Source of the DNA: Macrostomum lignano
Lineage: Eukaryota
Reading direction: 5' to 3'
Assembly (NCBI GenBank): GCA_002269645.1
Contig: NIVC01002180.1
Location: 24,451-88,450 of the forward strand
Length of the DNA: 64,000 nucleotides
A model generated the notes under the pieces. The model had not been told where the DNA came from, did no database searches, and saw only the letters and a list, made by a program, of their open reading frames with translations. Each line of letters opens with the position of its first letter. The first letter of the stretch is position 1. Shown in pieces: positions 51,501-63,243 of the stretch. A program made the position numbers and the translations under genes.

Positions 51501-54500
51501 AATTTTGAAAAAAAATTTCAAACCTTTTTAAACGCCGAAAAGCCTTGATCGTCTTCGCCCGTGACCGCAACCGCCGCTTTGGCCTCCATCTCCGCCTTGA
51601 ATTCCATCAGAGTCTCCTGTGTGTATTCGTATTTCCTGCGGGCGACGCCAGTTTAAAATATGGCTTCAGTCCGCTGTACTCTACTCTCAGTAGCGAAATT
51701 CAGACGTTCTGATCAGAAAATGAACAATCATGCGGCGCTGTCGTTGGGGGTGCTGTTTTTATGTGCTGCTACCCTTGGGATACTGTTTTTTATGAGGTGC
51801 TGACTTTGGGATGCTGTTTTTTGAGGCGCCATTCCTTCAGAAGCGCCTCTGGATCCGCCCCTGCTGGATGTGTTTACTTCATGCTACACAATGACAACGC
51901 CGGGCCCTAAACTCACTTCTCCGGAGTCTCTGTTGAGTGCATAGTCAGCTTTGGCGGCAGCGGCTTGCGGTCGTCAGGACGCAAGCGCAGCTGAATGGCT
52001 TCGAGCTGTTGCAGCTTGGCGTTGAGCTCCTGGACCAGCTGCTTCTTGCGATCGCGTAGGGCAACAAGACGCCGGTTGAAGTCGCACTTGTGCTGGTAAG
52101 CCTGAGTGATGTCAATGTTGGTTTGGTTAGAAACTAATGTCAGTTTCAATTAGAGACGTGTGCTCAATGCAGACGACATCGTGTGATCTTAATGTCGAAG
52201 AGGGTAGGAAAAAAGTGAATACGAAAAATATGCTTGCTAAAAATTCAATCATTTTTTGTCATGGTGAATTCTCTAAATCGAATGCCGAACCGCTGTGAAA
52301 GTTTTGTTTGGATGAAGTGCATTTACACGACGTAATTATAATTTACCTGACCCTCAAGGTCGAGGGCTATTTTGTGTATCCGAAGAGCCGGAGTATGGAA
52401 CTACATGTAAAGACATGTTATCTTGTTAGATAAGTTGGTGTTAAGTTGCAACTGAATGGATGCAGTTTCTTTAGTACTTTCGTTACCCATTGCTTCTTCC
52501 AGGCCACACAGACAGTCAGCTATATGTACCTACCCATCTAGGCCACAGAGTCCCCCACCCCCATCCAGGCCACAGAGCCACCCACCCTCATCCAGGCCAC
52601 AGAGCCACCCACCCCTATCCAGGCCACAGAGCCACCCACCCCTATCTAGGCCACAGAGTCACCCACCCCCATCCAGGCCACAGAGCCACCCACCCTCATC
52701 CAGGCCACAGAGCCACCCACCCCTATCCAGGCCACAGAGCCACCCACCCCTATCTAGGCCACAGAGTCACCCACCCCTATCTAGGCCACAGAGTCACCCA
52801 CCCCTATCTAGGCCACAGAGTCACCCACCCCTATCTAGGCCACAGAGCCACCCACCCCTATCTAGGCCACAGAGCCACCCACCCCTATCTAGGCCATAGA
52901 GGCACCCACCCCTATCTAGGCCACAGAGCCACCCACCCCTATCTAGGCCACAGAGCCACCCACCCCTATCTAGGCCACAGAGCCATCCACCCCTATCTAG
53001 GCCACAGAGCCACCCACCCCTATCTAGGCCATAGAGGCACCCACCCCTATCTAGGCCACAGAGCCACCCACCCCTATCTAGGCCACAGAGCAACCCACCC
53101 CTATCTAGGCCACAGAGCCATCCACCCCTATCTAGGCCACAGAGCCACCCACCCCTATCTAGGCCATAGAAGCACCCAACCCCCATCCAATCCACAGAGC
53201 CACCCACCCCCATCCAGGCCACAGAGCCACCCCACCTTTTCATCCAGGTCGATCAGTTTCTGCCTGGCCTTATCGGAGCTCAGCCGCAGATGCGGCGGCA
53301 CCACATAATCGCCGGCGGATTTCAGTTTAAAATCGCCCATATTGTCACGAGCCTCCTGGATGGCGCGAACGTCCTCGGGATCGTCGTAATCGTCGGACGG
53401 TTTGCTCTGCTCCAGCTCCTGGCGCTCCTGCCTGCGCTGAGCTCGCTTGCGCTTCTTCTCCTCCACTTTGCGCAGCTGTCGAAGGATTCTCTCGCCTCGG
53501 GCGCCTTTCAAGTTGGACTTGAATAGCGGCGAGTCCTCCTCCTTCTCGGCGGAGGCCTCCAATGTGACTTCCTCTGCGATTATTTGGAATGGGAACATTT
53601 AAGGTCAAGGCTTACTTGACTTCACAAACCTAAAAATATAATCTAAATAATTATAATTTTGAAATCTTTATTAGCCAAATCAACTGGCGGAACAATTATA
53701 GAATGGAAAGCAAAATCTTAAATGTTTTTTTTACGTTTAAAGAAAATTATAACAAATCAAAAAGTTCATGCGAGGTGCAAAATGTAGAATGTAAAATGCT
53801 TTTTCGTTCAAAATTTTTGCATACATAGTCGAGCATCTAGATAGCAATCAGTGGTGCAGTGCAAATCAGAAACGATATCTGCAGATATAGCTTTACTTCA
53901 ATTTGAACTGGCGCCAAAATCGACGGCCAGCCAATCAGGAATCGCGGCAGTATTACGGTGCATTAAATAGCATTAAGAATTGGTGTGCGCCGGATTCAGC
54001 TAGGGATTGGAAAAGCCAAGAGAAAATCGATAACTCAAAGACAAGTTCATGCCGTGGTGCTGCTTCAAGTTTGTGCTTCTTTATAGAACAGCTTATAAAA
54101 CTGACAGATCTCTGCCTCAGGCCGCGGTCAGATGAAAGCAAATACTGTAGAAAAATCTTACTCTGCGCAGTCGCGATTACTTCGCGATGAATCTGCAGTC
54201 TCTGCTCTGAAAGAATTGCCATATTAATCATTACCCGGCTACTGTTAGTAATATAATTTGGATCTGATTAGTAAATATTTGTGCCAACTTGTGTGACCAA
54301 AGGGTGTGCCAGACTTCAACTCTATTGATATAAGTTTTCATTATGCATTTCTCATAATTAGTTAATGGTTATCAAATTATCAGAAATTTTCTAAACGATA
54401 GCTTTTGTATAAAACCTGGTTTTTTGTAATTGGTATAAATTTAGTTTAGAACTTTGTTGGGTTAGTAAACTTGTTATTAGCAAATTTAAAATGCTGCATA

Positions 54501-57500
54501 TGCAATATTTAGTTAGATGAAGTCAAACAATTTAAAGACTAGTTTGATTACGTTGATCTGAAAGATTGGATGGAAAAGAGTGAAGAAAAAAATGTAAATT
54601 GGCTTGATTGCAACGTAATATAATATTAGGATAAAGACCAGAGGGTAAAGACCAGAGGATAGAGACCAGAGGGTAGACACCAGAGGGTAGACACCAGAGG
54701 GTAGACACCAGAGGGTAGACACCAGAGGGTAGACACCAGAGGGTAGACACCAGAGGGTAGACACCAGAGGGTAGACACCAGAGGGTAGACACCAGAGGGT
54801 AGACACCAGAGGGTAGACACCAGAGGGTAGACACCAGAGGGTAGACACCAGAGGGTAGACACCAGAGGGTAGACACCAGAGGGTAGACACCAGAGGGTAG
54901 ACACCAGAGGGTAGACACCAGAGGGTAGACACCAGAGGGTAGACACCAGAGGGTAGACACCAGAGGGTAGACACCAGAGGGTAGACACCAGAGGGTAGAC
55001 ACCAGAGGGTAGACACCAGAGGGTAGACACCAGAGGGTAGACACCAGAGGGTAGACACCAGAGGGTAGACACCAGAGGATAGACACCATAGGGTAGAGAA
55101 AAGAGACCAGAGGGTAGAGAACAGAGGGTAGAGGACAGAGGGCAGAGGACAGTGGGCAGAGGACAGTGGGCAGAGGACAGAGGGCAGAGGACAGTGGGCA
55201 GAGGACATAGGTCAGAGAGCAGAGCAGTGAGCATTGGCACAGGGTGACTCTATTAGACGCACTGAGGTTGCGCAGGCCCTCCTAGCTCACTCCCCTAAAC
55301 TGTAAGTCAGCCAGAGAACTCACTGGCAGACAGCAGCGTAGCATCCCTAGTAGCGTCCTTCTGACTCGCCAGCGTCCTCTTTCTTTCCATCTCCTCCTTG
55401 AGCCGGTTGAAGGCTTCGCTAAGCTTAGATGTTCGAATTGAGGCCACCTCGTGGTCGCTCTCGATGGCCCGAACCACCACCAGATCGCATTCCAGCTCGT
55501 CGAGGAATCGCTTGCGCAGCTTATTCAGGGCAATCTGACAGCGCTCCGACTCCCAGGCCAGTTCGCGTTCAACTAAATGAACCTTCTGCTTGCGCTGCTC
55601 CTGCATGTCCAGCTTCAGCTGGGGCACCATCTCAAACTCGCGTTGGCGAAGTTGGATTCGTTCTGGTAGAGCCTAAAAATGGAAGCAGCAACTATGATAT
55701 GGCTTGCTGCGGGATCTTCTGAATGGATTGCAGCAAAGCAGCACCAACTTGACAGTCTTTGGATGCAGGGGACGTTCTAAGGTATGAGGAGACAGAGCAA
55801 CTCGTCCAAAGTCACTGGATACAGAAAAAGGTATCAGGAGACAGAGCAACTCGTCCATAGTCGCTGGATGCAGAGGAAGGTATCAGGAGACAGAGCAACT
55901 CGTCCAGAGTCACTTCATGCAGAGGAAGGTATCAGGAGACAGAGCAACTCGTCCAGAGTCACTTCATGCAGAGGAAGGTATCAGGAGACAGAGCAACTCG
56001 TCCAGAGTCACTTCATGCAGAGGAAGGTATCAGGAGACAGAGCAACTCGTCCAGAGTCACTTCATGCAGAGGAAGGTATCAGGAGACAGAGCAACTCGTC
56101 CAGAGTCACTTCATGCAGAGGAAGGTATCAGGAGACAGAGCAACTCGTCCAGAGTCACTTCATGCAGAGGAAGGTATCAGGAGACAGAGCAACTCGTCCA
56201 GAGTCACTTCATGCAGAGGAAGGTATCAGGAGACAGAGCAACTCGTCCAGAGTCACTTCATGCAGAGGAAGGTATCAGGAGACAGAGCAACTCGTCCAGA
56301 GTCACTTCATGCAGAGGAAGGTATCAGGAGACAGAGCAACTCGTCCAGAGTCACTTCATGCAGAGGAAGGTATCAGGAGACAGAGCAACTCGTCCAGAGT
56401 CACTTCATGCAGAGGAAGGTATCAGGAGACAGAGCAACTCGTCCAGAGTCACTTCATGCAGAGAAAGGTATCAGGATACAGGTCAACTCGTCCAGAGTCA
56501 CTGGATGCACTAAATGCAGAGGAAGGTATCAGGAGACAGAGCAACTCGTCCAGAGTCGCTGGATGCAAAGGAGGGTTTAAAGTTTCAAGAGGCAAAGCGA
56601 CTTGTCCAGAGTCATCAGAAGACAGAGAAACTCCTGTTTCCAGTTTCACTCACCTGGTTGAGCTCCTTAAGCTTGCGGAATTCCACCCGAAGCTCGTTAA
56701 CACGCCGACGAATTCCTGCCTTTTTCTCCTCGGCCAATTTCACCCGCCGGTCATGCTCGGACTTCTGCTTGTCCTCCTCGATGCTGTACGCTCCGGGATC
56801 ATCAATGTCGTCGCCGCGTTGAATTCGCTTGGCTGATGGCAGCACCGCGGCTTTGGCTTTGGCCGCGGCAGCCTGTCGCTCCTGTTGACGATAAATGTAT
56901 GAGGATTATTTAGTAGCAAATATAATTTCATCGCTTACTACTATAAGTAGCTTTTAGTTGGCGAAATGTTCTCGGGTTTTTGAAGGGAGCTCCTTCCATC
57001 GATGCTCGATGAAATCTAAAGATTCGCTAAAGATCATGCGATTTTCCGTAGCTACAATAGTCTCACCTGCATCTCCTCCTCGGGCATGATGTTGTACACA
57101 AAATAGTTGCCGTCCCGGCCAACGCTGATCAGGTAGGCGTCGTCGTGGCTCGGACAGATGCCGGTCACGGCGCCATAGTCGTTGTCGTGCATCGGCAGGC
57201 ACCACTGGCTGGTCATGCTGCCGATGTCGAACGGCGTGTCGAGCAGCTGCACACGGACGCTGCCGTCCTGCATGCCGAGGTACGCCCGCCGGCCGGACTT
57301 GCTGAAGCTGATCACCGACACGGGCACATCTGACGAGTCCTTCACCGTCACGCTGTGCACCGGCTCGCGTTTGGCCGCTTCAAAATCTTTCGGAGCTTCG
57401 GCCGGGTACTCGCACCTGTACAGGTAGCCGGAGTCGAAGCCGCCCATGGAGAGCCAGAAGGCGTTCTGCTGATTGTCGGGCACCAGACCGCACAGGATCG

Positions 57501-60500
57501 GCGACGGCTCCTCTGGATAATAAGGCTCCCACTGCTGCTCCTCTGCGCGGCGCTTGGCGATCTCCTTCTCCTGCAAGAAGATTTTGACAAATTTTTATGC
57601 AAACGTGTACTCGTTCTCAAAGCGTGAAGTTTAGGTAAGATTTTCTCGTGCGTTGGCCGAAAGCAATGACGAGAAATATGTGACTCCTATAGGGTTGCTT
57701 AGCATCTATCGTAACGCGAGTCTGTTTTGCATCCGACTCTTGCGTCGGGTGATTGGGGCAAATGAAGGTCAAACCCAAATGCGCATAGAGTGGATGAGCG
57801 TCTACACTCTTGTACATATACCTGTACGTACCCGTGTGCTTTCCGTGTGCTCAGGGGTCAGTATACTACTTATCTACTTGATGAGATGTCAAGACTCATT
57901 AGGGGATAACTAAAATGCTGTGGCTCATGGAAAAGGGGGGGTCTTCCTGAAATTCCAAGGGTCAATTGGGAGTTTTTGGCGAGGCCTAGCCAAAGGCAGA
58001 TCAGAGGGACAATTATGGTTAAGCCATGGCTGAAAGTGAGGCTTTTATGCCAAAGCTCACAGGGAATGCTGATATCTTAGTCTAAATAGTTGGCTTTTGG
58101 TTTAAACATCATTTTCCATAGTTTATGCAATAGCAACTGTACAAGGTCGAAAGCTACATGTAGCTTATTAAAAATCTCCTTTCTTTGTTTCCTCCCCAAC
58201 GGAGAGTGCAGATTGCTATAGTAGCGCCTAAAATCATTGCGCCTAGTAGTATACATCTCCGGACTCGAACCCAGGATCTCCGACTTAAGATTTCCGTGCT
58301 ATGACAATCATTAAACTCTCAAAAACATTATTCGATGCTAAACCTCCAATGCTATAGCAAATATCAGAGAAGTAGTGCAAATTCTGTGCATTATCCCCTA
58401 TTTGCACTGTCCTGCTTACTAATGACTTTGCGCATCGCTACGAGTACTGTAGTACATGAGAATACAACACAGAATGAATCGTCGAATCTCGTCGAGTCAA
58501 CACTTTTGAGCACACGTGTAGAGGTCAAGGACTACTCAAGTAGAAGGAAAGGAAACCTCGTTTCTTGAAAAAAATTTAGAGGCAAGTTTTTTTTCAAAAA
58601 AAAATACACCACGGAGATAGGAAGTTTTCATTTTTTCAGCACAAAAATTGCTATTGCTTTCGATAGGAGGCAGACCCAATGCTCATCTTTTGATATGTTG
58701 TGCCTTTCTTATAGCTCTATTGATATTCATAGGAGCTTTTCGTTCAGAAAATTAGGATTCAATGTTAATTTTTTATTCTACGTACATTCCCTGTACCTAC
58801 AAATCATCATAAAAAATGCATGGCTAAGCTCGACTCCATGGTTTTATGAATCTGTTTTATCATCTCTGTTACACATATTGTTGCACAGTCAGCTGAGAGT
58901 GATAAAATAGATTCATCAAAACCAATGAGTTGAGCCCTGCCATTTTAATGGTTTTTCAGGCACAAGACATGTACAAATGTACGAAGAATAAAAAATATCC
59001 AGGACAGAAACGAGGTCTCCTGTCCTACTTGAATAGTCTTTGATAGAGGTGTGCAACAGTGCAACGTTTTACCAACTTTTGACTCTCATTTTGGTACTCA
59101 AGCCGACAGTCTTTTCGTATTTGATTAATTTCCTCTAATTTCCCTCAAGTCGGTAAGTCTTATAAAAATCGCTGAAAATGAACGATAAATTTGATGAAAA
59201 GCGCGCACACAGTGACAGCTTGATTTGAGCCAAGGGTTCGTTAGCTGGAAAAGGTATTCGTGACAAAATTTGAAGTTCACTCTTTATAAAACTCGCACAG
59301 AGTGACTTTGCTTGCAGCTCTTCGTAGCCTTACAACTTTTACAGCCTCCCGAGTTTCCAATTCCTTAATGACGGACTAAAATTGCGGCGCGCATAAAGTT
59401 TTCATGCTTGAGAATCTGTACAAGATAATTAAATAATTAAACTATCAAGGACATACCGTACTAGTAAGTTATTTCTCAACAGTTGCGCTTGCGGTACGAT
59501 TCTAAATATCTATTTGCACTACTTATAAATAAGTAGCTTTATTTCGAATTTCTCGATCTTGACCAATATAGGCTTGCAGAAACTTCTTACGATCTGACGA
59601 ATCCGGCAGGTGTAAAACAACAACACACTCACCTCGTCCTCCACCTCTTTGGCCTGCTCCTCCTCCGTCTGCAGGCCCCGTTCCAGCTTCCTCTTTCGCT
59701 CCTCGGCACGCCGCTTCATCTCCTCGGCCTCCAGGCGGTGGATCTCCTCCAGCTCCTCGGCTCGGCGCAGTTTGGACTTGACGCTGGCGAAGGCGAAGCG
59801 CTGCTTCACGTCGAAGCCAGCCAGCTCGTAGGTGACAGATGCGTCCACTTTGGCCGGGTCCGGACAGTCGAAGTCGCAGACTCGGCCGTCGGTGAAGAAC
59901 ACGCGGACCTGGTCGGGCTGCTGGTCGCTGCCGGAGGACAGCCAGGCCAGCTGGGCTGGGTAGCCTTGGAAACGGATGAAGCCGACCGGAGTGTACTTGC
60001 TGGCCGACACGGAGAAGAAGAAGATGCTGCTCAGCTGCTCCTCGGCGTGGCTGCTCTCGTGCTCAATACCCTACAGCGAGTGAGTTGGTTTCATGAGCAT
60101 TGAATCTTTCATTGAGATTGATTGCATCACAGCCAATAATCTGAGGCTTAATCCTAGTAGCCTGAGGATCTGAGGCTTAATCCTAGTAGCCTGAGGATCT
60201 GAGGCTTAACCCTAGTAGCCTGAGGATCTGAGGCTTAATCCTAGTAGCAATGAGGATCTGAGGCTTAATCCTAGTAGCCTGAGGATCTGAGGCTTAACCC
60301 TAGTAGCCTGAGGATCTGAGGCTTAATCCTAGTAGCCTGAGGATCTGAGGCTTAATCCTAGTAGCCTGAGGATCTGTGGCCTAATCCTAGTAGCCTGAGG
60401 ATCTGAGGCTTAATCCTAGTAGCCTAAGGATCTGTGGCTTAATCCTAGTAGCTTGAGGATCTGTGGCCTAATCCTAGTAGCCTGAGGATCTGAGGCTTAA

Positions 60501-63243
60501 TCCTAGTAGCAATGAGGATCTGAGGCTTAATCCTAGTAGCCTGAGGATCTGAGGCTTAATCCTAGTAGCCTGAGGATCTGAGGCTTAATCCTAGTAGCCT
60601 GAGGATCTGTGGCCTAATCCTAGTAGCCTGAGGATCTGAGGCTTAATCCTAGTAGCCTAAGGATCTGTGGCTTAATCCTAGTAGCTTGAGGATCTGTGGT
60701 CTAATCCTAGTAGCCTGAGGATCTGAGGCTTAATCCTAGTAGCAATGAGGATCTGAGGCTTAATCCTAGTAGCCTGAGGATCTGAGGCTTAATCCTAGTA
60801 GCCTGAGGATCTGAGGCTTAATCCTAGCACCCTGAGGATCTAAGGCTTAATCCTATTAGCAGTACTCACAGCGGTCACCAACATGTCGCCCATCTTGTCC
60901 AGCACAATGTCCACAACCCGGCCAGTGTGCGGCTTGAGCGCATCAACCAGGGTCAGCTCGGCCACCTGCTTGGCCTTCCTAGTCGGATCTGTCTCGGGAT
61001 TCTCGCCGAAGCTGAGCACCCGGAGCACTCCGTCAGCGAAGCCGGCCAAAATTGTCCGACCTTTGGGGTCAACAGTCTGCGGCGCCCAGAGGATCTTGGT
61101 GCCGGATCCACTGAATCGGCTCTCAACCAGGGTCCGCTGGCCACAAAGTCCGTGACTCGAACGCTGCCGTCGGCGCCCAGGGTGGCAACCAGGTAGGACA
61201 GCGGCGAGGCTGCGCAGCCAGCAATAGCGCCGGCGTGGCAAGACAGAAGGCGCTCGGGCGGCTGGGCAGTATGTGAGAATGACAGGTCCAGGCGCCAGAT
61301 GCCGCCGTTCGAGTCCTGCGCCAGCCACTCGCTGGAGCCCTCGTCCTCGGCGGTGGTGGTGGCATCGGCCGGGGTGACCTGCTTGACAATGTGCGCCAGT
61401 CGGACATTGTTGCCAACCTCGTAGGCGTTCATTGGGTCCATCTCGATCAGGCCGGACTCGTCGCCGGCTTCGGCGGTGTCGATCATCTCGAAGTCCCAGG
61501 TCTGGATCAGGCCGTCGATGCGACAGTCATGAGCTCGCCGGCGTCCATCACCACCTGCGTTACGAGATAGAATTCGTCATGCTTGTAACTCTCTGTGCCT
61601 CTGATTATAATTAAAGTATGAAAGAATACTTTTGGAGCTTTGTAAAGAAGCAAAATGAATTCTCATGAACAAAAGGAACTCACCTGAAAAATCGGGCCAT
61701 TATGCGCCGGTCGCTTGCCCTTCTTAGAGATCTCAACCTTGATGAGGCCGCCGTCCCACACCAGCATGTTGCCCCATTCGCAGCCGCTCAGCACTTTACC
61801 GTCTGGCAATTCAACAAAGCCTTCAATATCGGAGATCTCAGTCTTGCCGAACTTGCCAATGGCGCCCTGCAGCTTCAAGCCGGTGAAGGTTGACGCCATC
61901 TTCCAGAATCGGACGTGGCCAGTACCGGCCGTGGTCAGGAAGCCTTCAAGGTCCTGCGACCAAGAGACCGGTAGACGTCCTGGGAGAAGGCCTTGGACCG
62001 CAGCACGGTTCGCTCGCTGAGCCAGTCCCAGATGGTGAGCATGAAGTCTGGCTCGGAGCCAACAGTGGCCAGGTACTTGCCGCTCGGATCGAACTTGCAG
62101 TAGCAGTAGGCTCGCTCCGTGCCCCCGCAGTATACGGTACAGCCGCAGCGAGGGGTATTCGTACACCAGCACGTTTGGCGCCTCGCCCTTCTCGGCCACG
62201 GCGAGGTACCGTCGGGTCGGGTGCACCGACACAAAGCCGACACCGCCGCCGCTAGAGCTGCGCAGAAATGTCTGCCGCTTGGTGGCCAGATTCACCACCT
62301 TGACCAGATTGCCGGCCACAAAGCAGACGTGCTGCTCGTCCAGGATATGCAGATTGTCCCGCTTGGTGCAGTCATAGCCGTAGGAGTAGACCAGCTGGAG
62401 CAGGTCGGCTGGCAGGCCCGAATCCTCCGTGACGCGCGGCTTCGACATAAACTCGCCGACTTCGTAGAAAAAATCTGCCGGAATGGCCGGCTTGTCCTCC
62501 TCGGCCGGCTGGTTGTCCGAGTTTGTCTCGTCGCCGCCTTCGCCTTCGTTGTCGCGCGGCGGATGCGCCTGGCTGGCGTTGACGGCTTTTCGACTTCTTT
62601 ATCCTCGTCTTCAGCCTCGCCCTCGCCTTCAGTCTTCCCTCGCCTTTAGCCTCGCCATCGCCTTCAGCTTCGCCTCACCTTTAGCCTCGCCCTCGCCTTC
62701 AGCTTCGCCTTCTGCCTTGTCATCGGCCTCGCCCTCAGTCTCGACTTTGCCTTCACCTTCGGCTTTCGCTTCGGTTCCATCGGCCATCGCATCCTCTTCG
62801 CCGGTGCGCTCTCTTCGGCGGGTTCCTCTGACTCTCGCTTTGGCTTGCCTCTCGGCTTCGCCGCGATGACCTCCTCCTGCGGCTCCAGGGCCAGCAGTTC
62901 CTCAGCTGGAGCCTCGTCGGACGTTTCTTCCGACTCTTCCTTTGGCGCTGCTTCTTCGCCAGATGGGTTTTTAGCGCTCGCATCAGCAGCGATTTCTTCT
63001 TCTACTGCCAGCTTTTTCGGCAACCTCTACTTCTTCTGCGGCTGTTTCAGAAACCTCTACTTCTTCTGCTTGAGCCTGGTCTGAAGTCTCGGCTGCGTCT
63101 GCTGGGGCGTCGCTTTCTGAATTGGCCGCTTCCGGGGCCGCATCAGATGGAGCTTCCGCTGCCTGCTCAGCGGCGGCGTCAACTTCGGGCTCTGAGCCCT
63201 GAGGATCATTGTCCTCCTGTCTGTCCTCCGCTGTTTCTGACAT
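42535..63243 (-). CDS. CFAP44: Cilia- and flagella-associated protein 44 (WDR52); 15 coding exons: 63243-61684, 61554-60870, 60070-59633, 57570-57067, 56881-56654, 55672-55324, 53573-53236, 52101-51917, 51635-51524, 50134-49730, 48994-48811, 46431-46097, 45559-45173, 44707-44573, 42711-42535. Exons 1-2 carry frameshifts in this sequence.
   Basis: The WD40 region ([89 protein letters not shown]) and the C-terminal coiled coil ending [19 protein letters not shown] match remembered CFAP44. All 14 introns are GT-AG with compatible phases. The N-terminus is acidic and low-complexity. Confidence 0.94.
42833..43953. repeat. Minisatellite, 41-bp unit TGAAGGATCAGGGCGGGTGTACATGTAGGTGGCACCCAAAC, about 27 copies (CFAP44 intron 14)
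   Basis: Direct tandem periodicity. Confidence 0.97.
44784..45121. repeat. Minisatellite, 17-bp unit ATCATGAGAACCCTATG, about 20 copies (CFAP44 intron 13)
   Basis: Direct tandem periodicity. Confidence 0.93.
45612..46050. repeat. Minisatellite, 40-bp unit GGAATTGGAAGGGAGTGAGGTGGGTGTCTCGTTGGGGTTA, about 10 copies (CFAP44 intron 12)
   Basis: Direct tandem periodicity. Confidence 0.93.
48070..48646. repeat. Minisatellite, 21-22-bp unit GCGCCACCGATCCCCATTTCTG, about 27 copies (CFAP44 intron 11)
   Basis: Direct tandem periodicity. Confidence 0.95.
49093..49702. repeat. Minisatellite, 20-bp unit AGTCAGAGACATCTCCAGTC, about 30 copies (CFAP44 intron 10)
   Basis: Direct tandem periodicity. Confidence 0.96.
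52495..53250. repeat. Minisatellite, 27-bp unit CCACCCCTATCTAGGCCACAGAGCCAC, about 27 copies (CFAP44 intron 7)
   Basis: Direct tandem periodicity; the terminal copy overlaps the end of exon 7. Confidence 0.96.
54632..55210. repeat. Minisatellite, 14-bp unit AGACACCAGAGGGT (about 30 near-perfect copies) grading into AGAGGACAGTGGGC (CFAP44 intron 6)
   Basis: Direct tandem periodicity. Confidence 0.96.
55785..56620. repeat. Minisatellite, 49-bp unit GCAGAGGAAGGTATCAGGAGACAGAGCAACTCGTCCAGAGTCACTTCAT, about 16 copies (CFAP44 intron 5)
   Basis: Direct tandem periodicity; the central copies are identical. Confidence 0.97.
58255..58320 (-). other. Degenerate tRNA-like / SINE head in CFAP44 intron 3
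   Basis: The minus strand has a B box GGTTCGAGTCC preceded by a weak A-box-like AGTTTAATGATTG. It does not fold into a convincing cloverleaf by eye. Confidence 0.35.
60138..60860. repeat. Minisatellite, 29-bp unit TGAGGATCTGAGGCTTAATCCTAGTAGCC, about 24 copies (CFAP44 intron 2)
   Basis: Direct tandem periodicity. Confidence 0.97.

Noticed and set aside
1816-60860. Repetitive-peptide ORFs over the other arrays (for example [44 protein letters not shown], 55784-56836)
   Set aside because: Each coincides with a minisatellite and is open in several frames or on both strands. None has splice-compatible links to flanking exons, except the KLHDC3 intron discussed separately.
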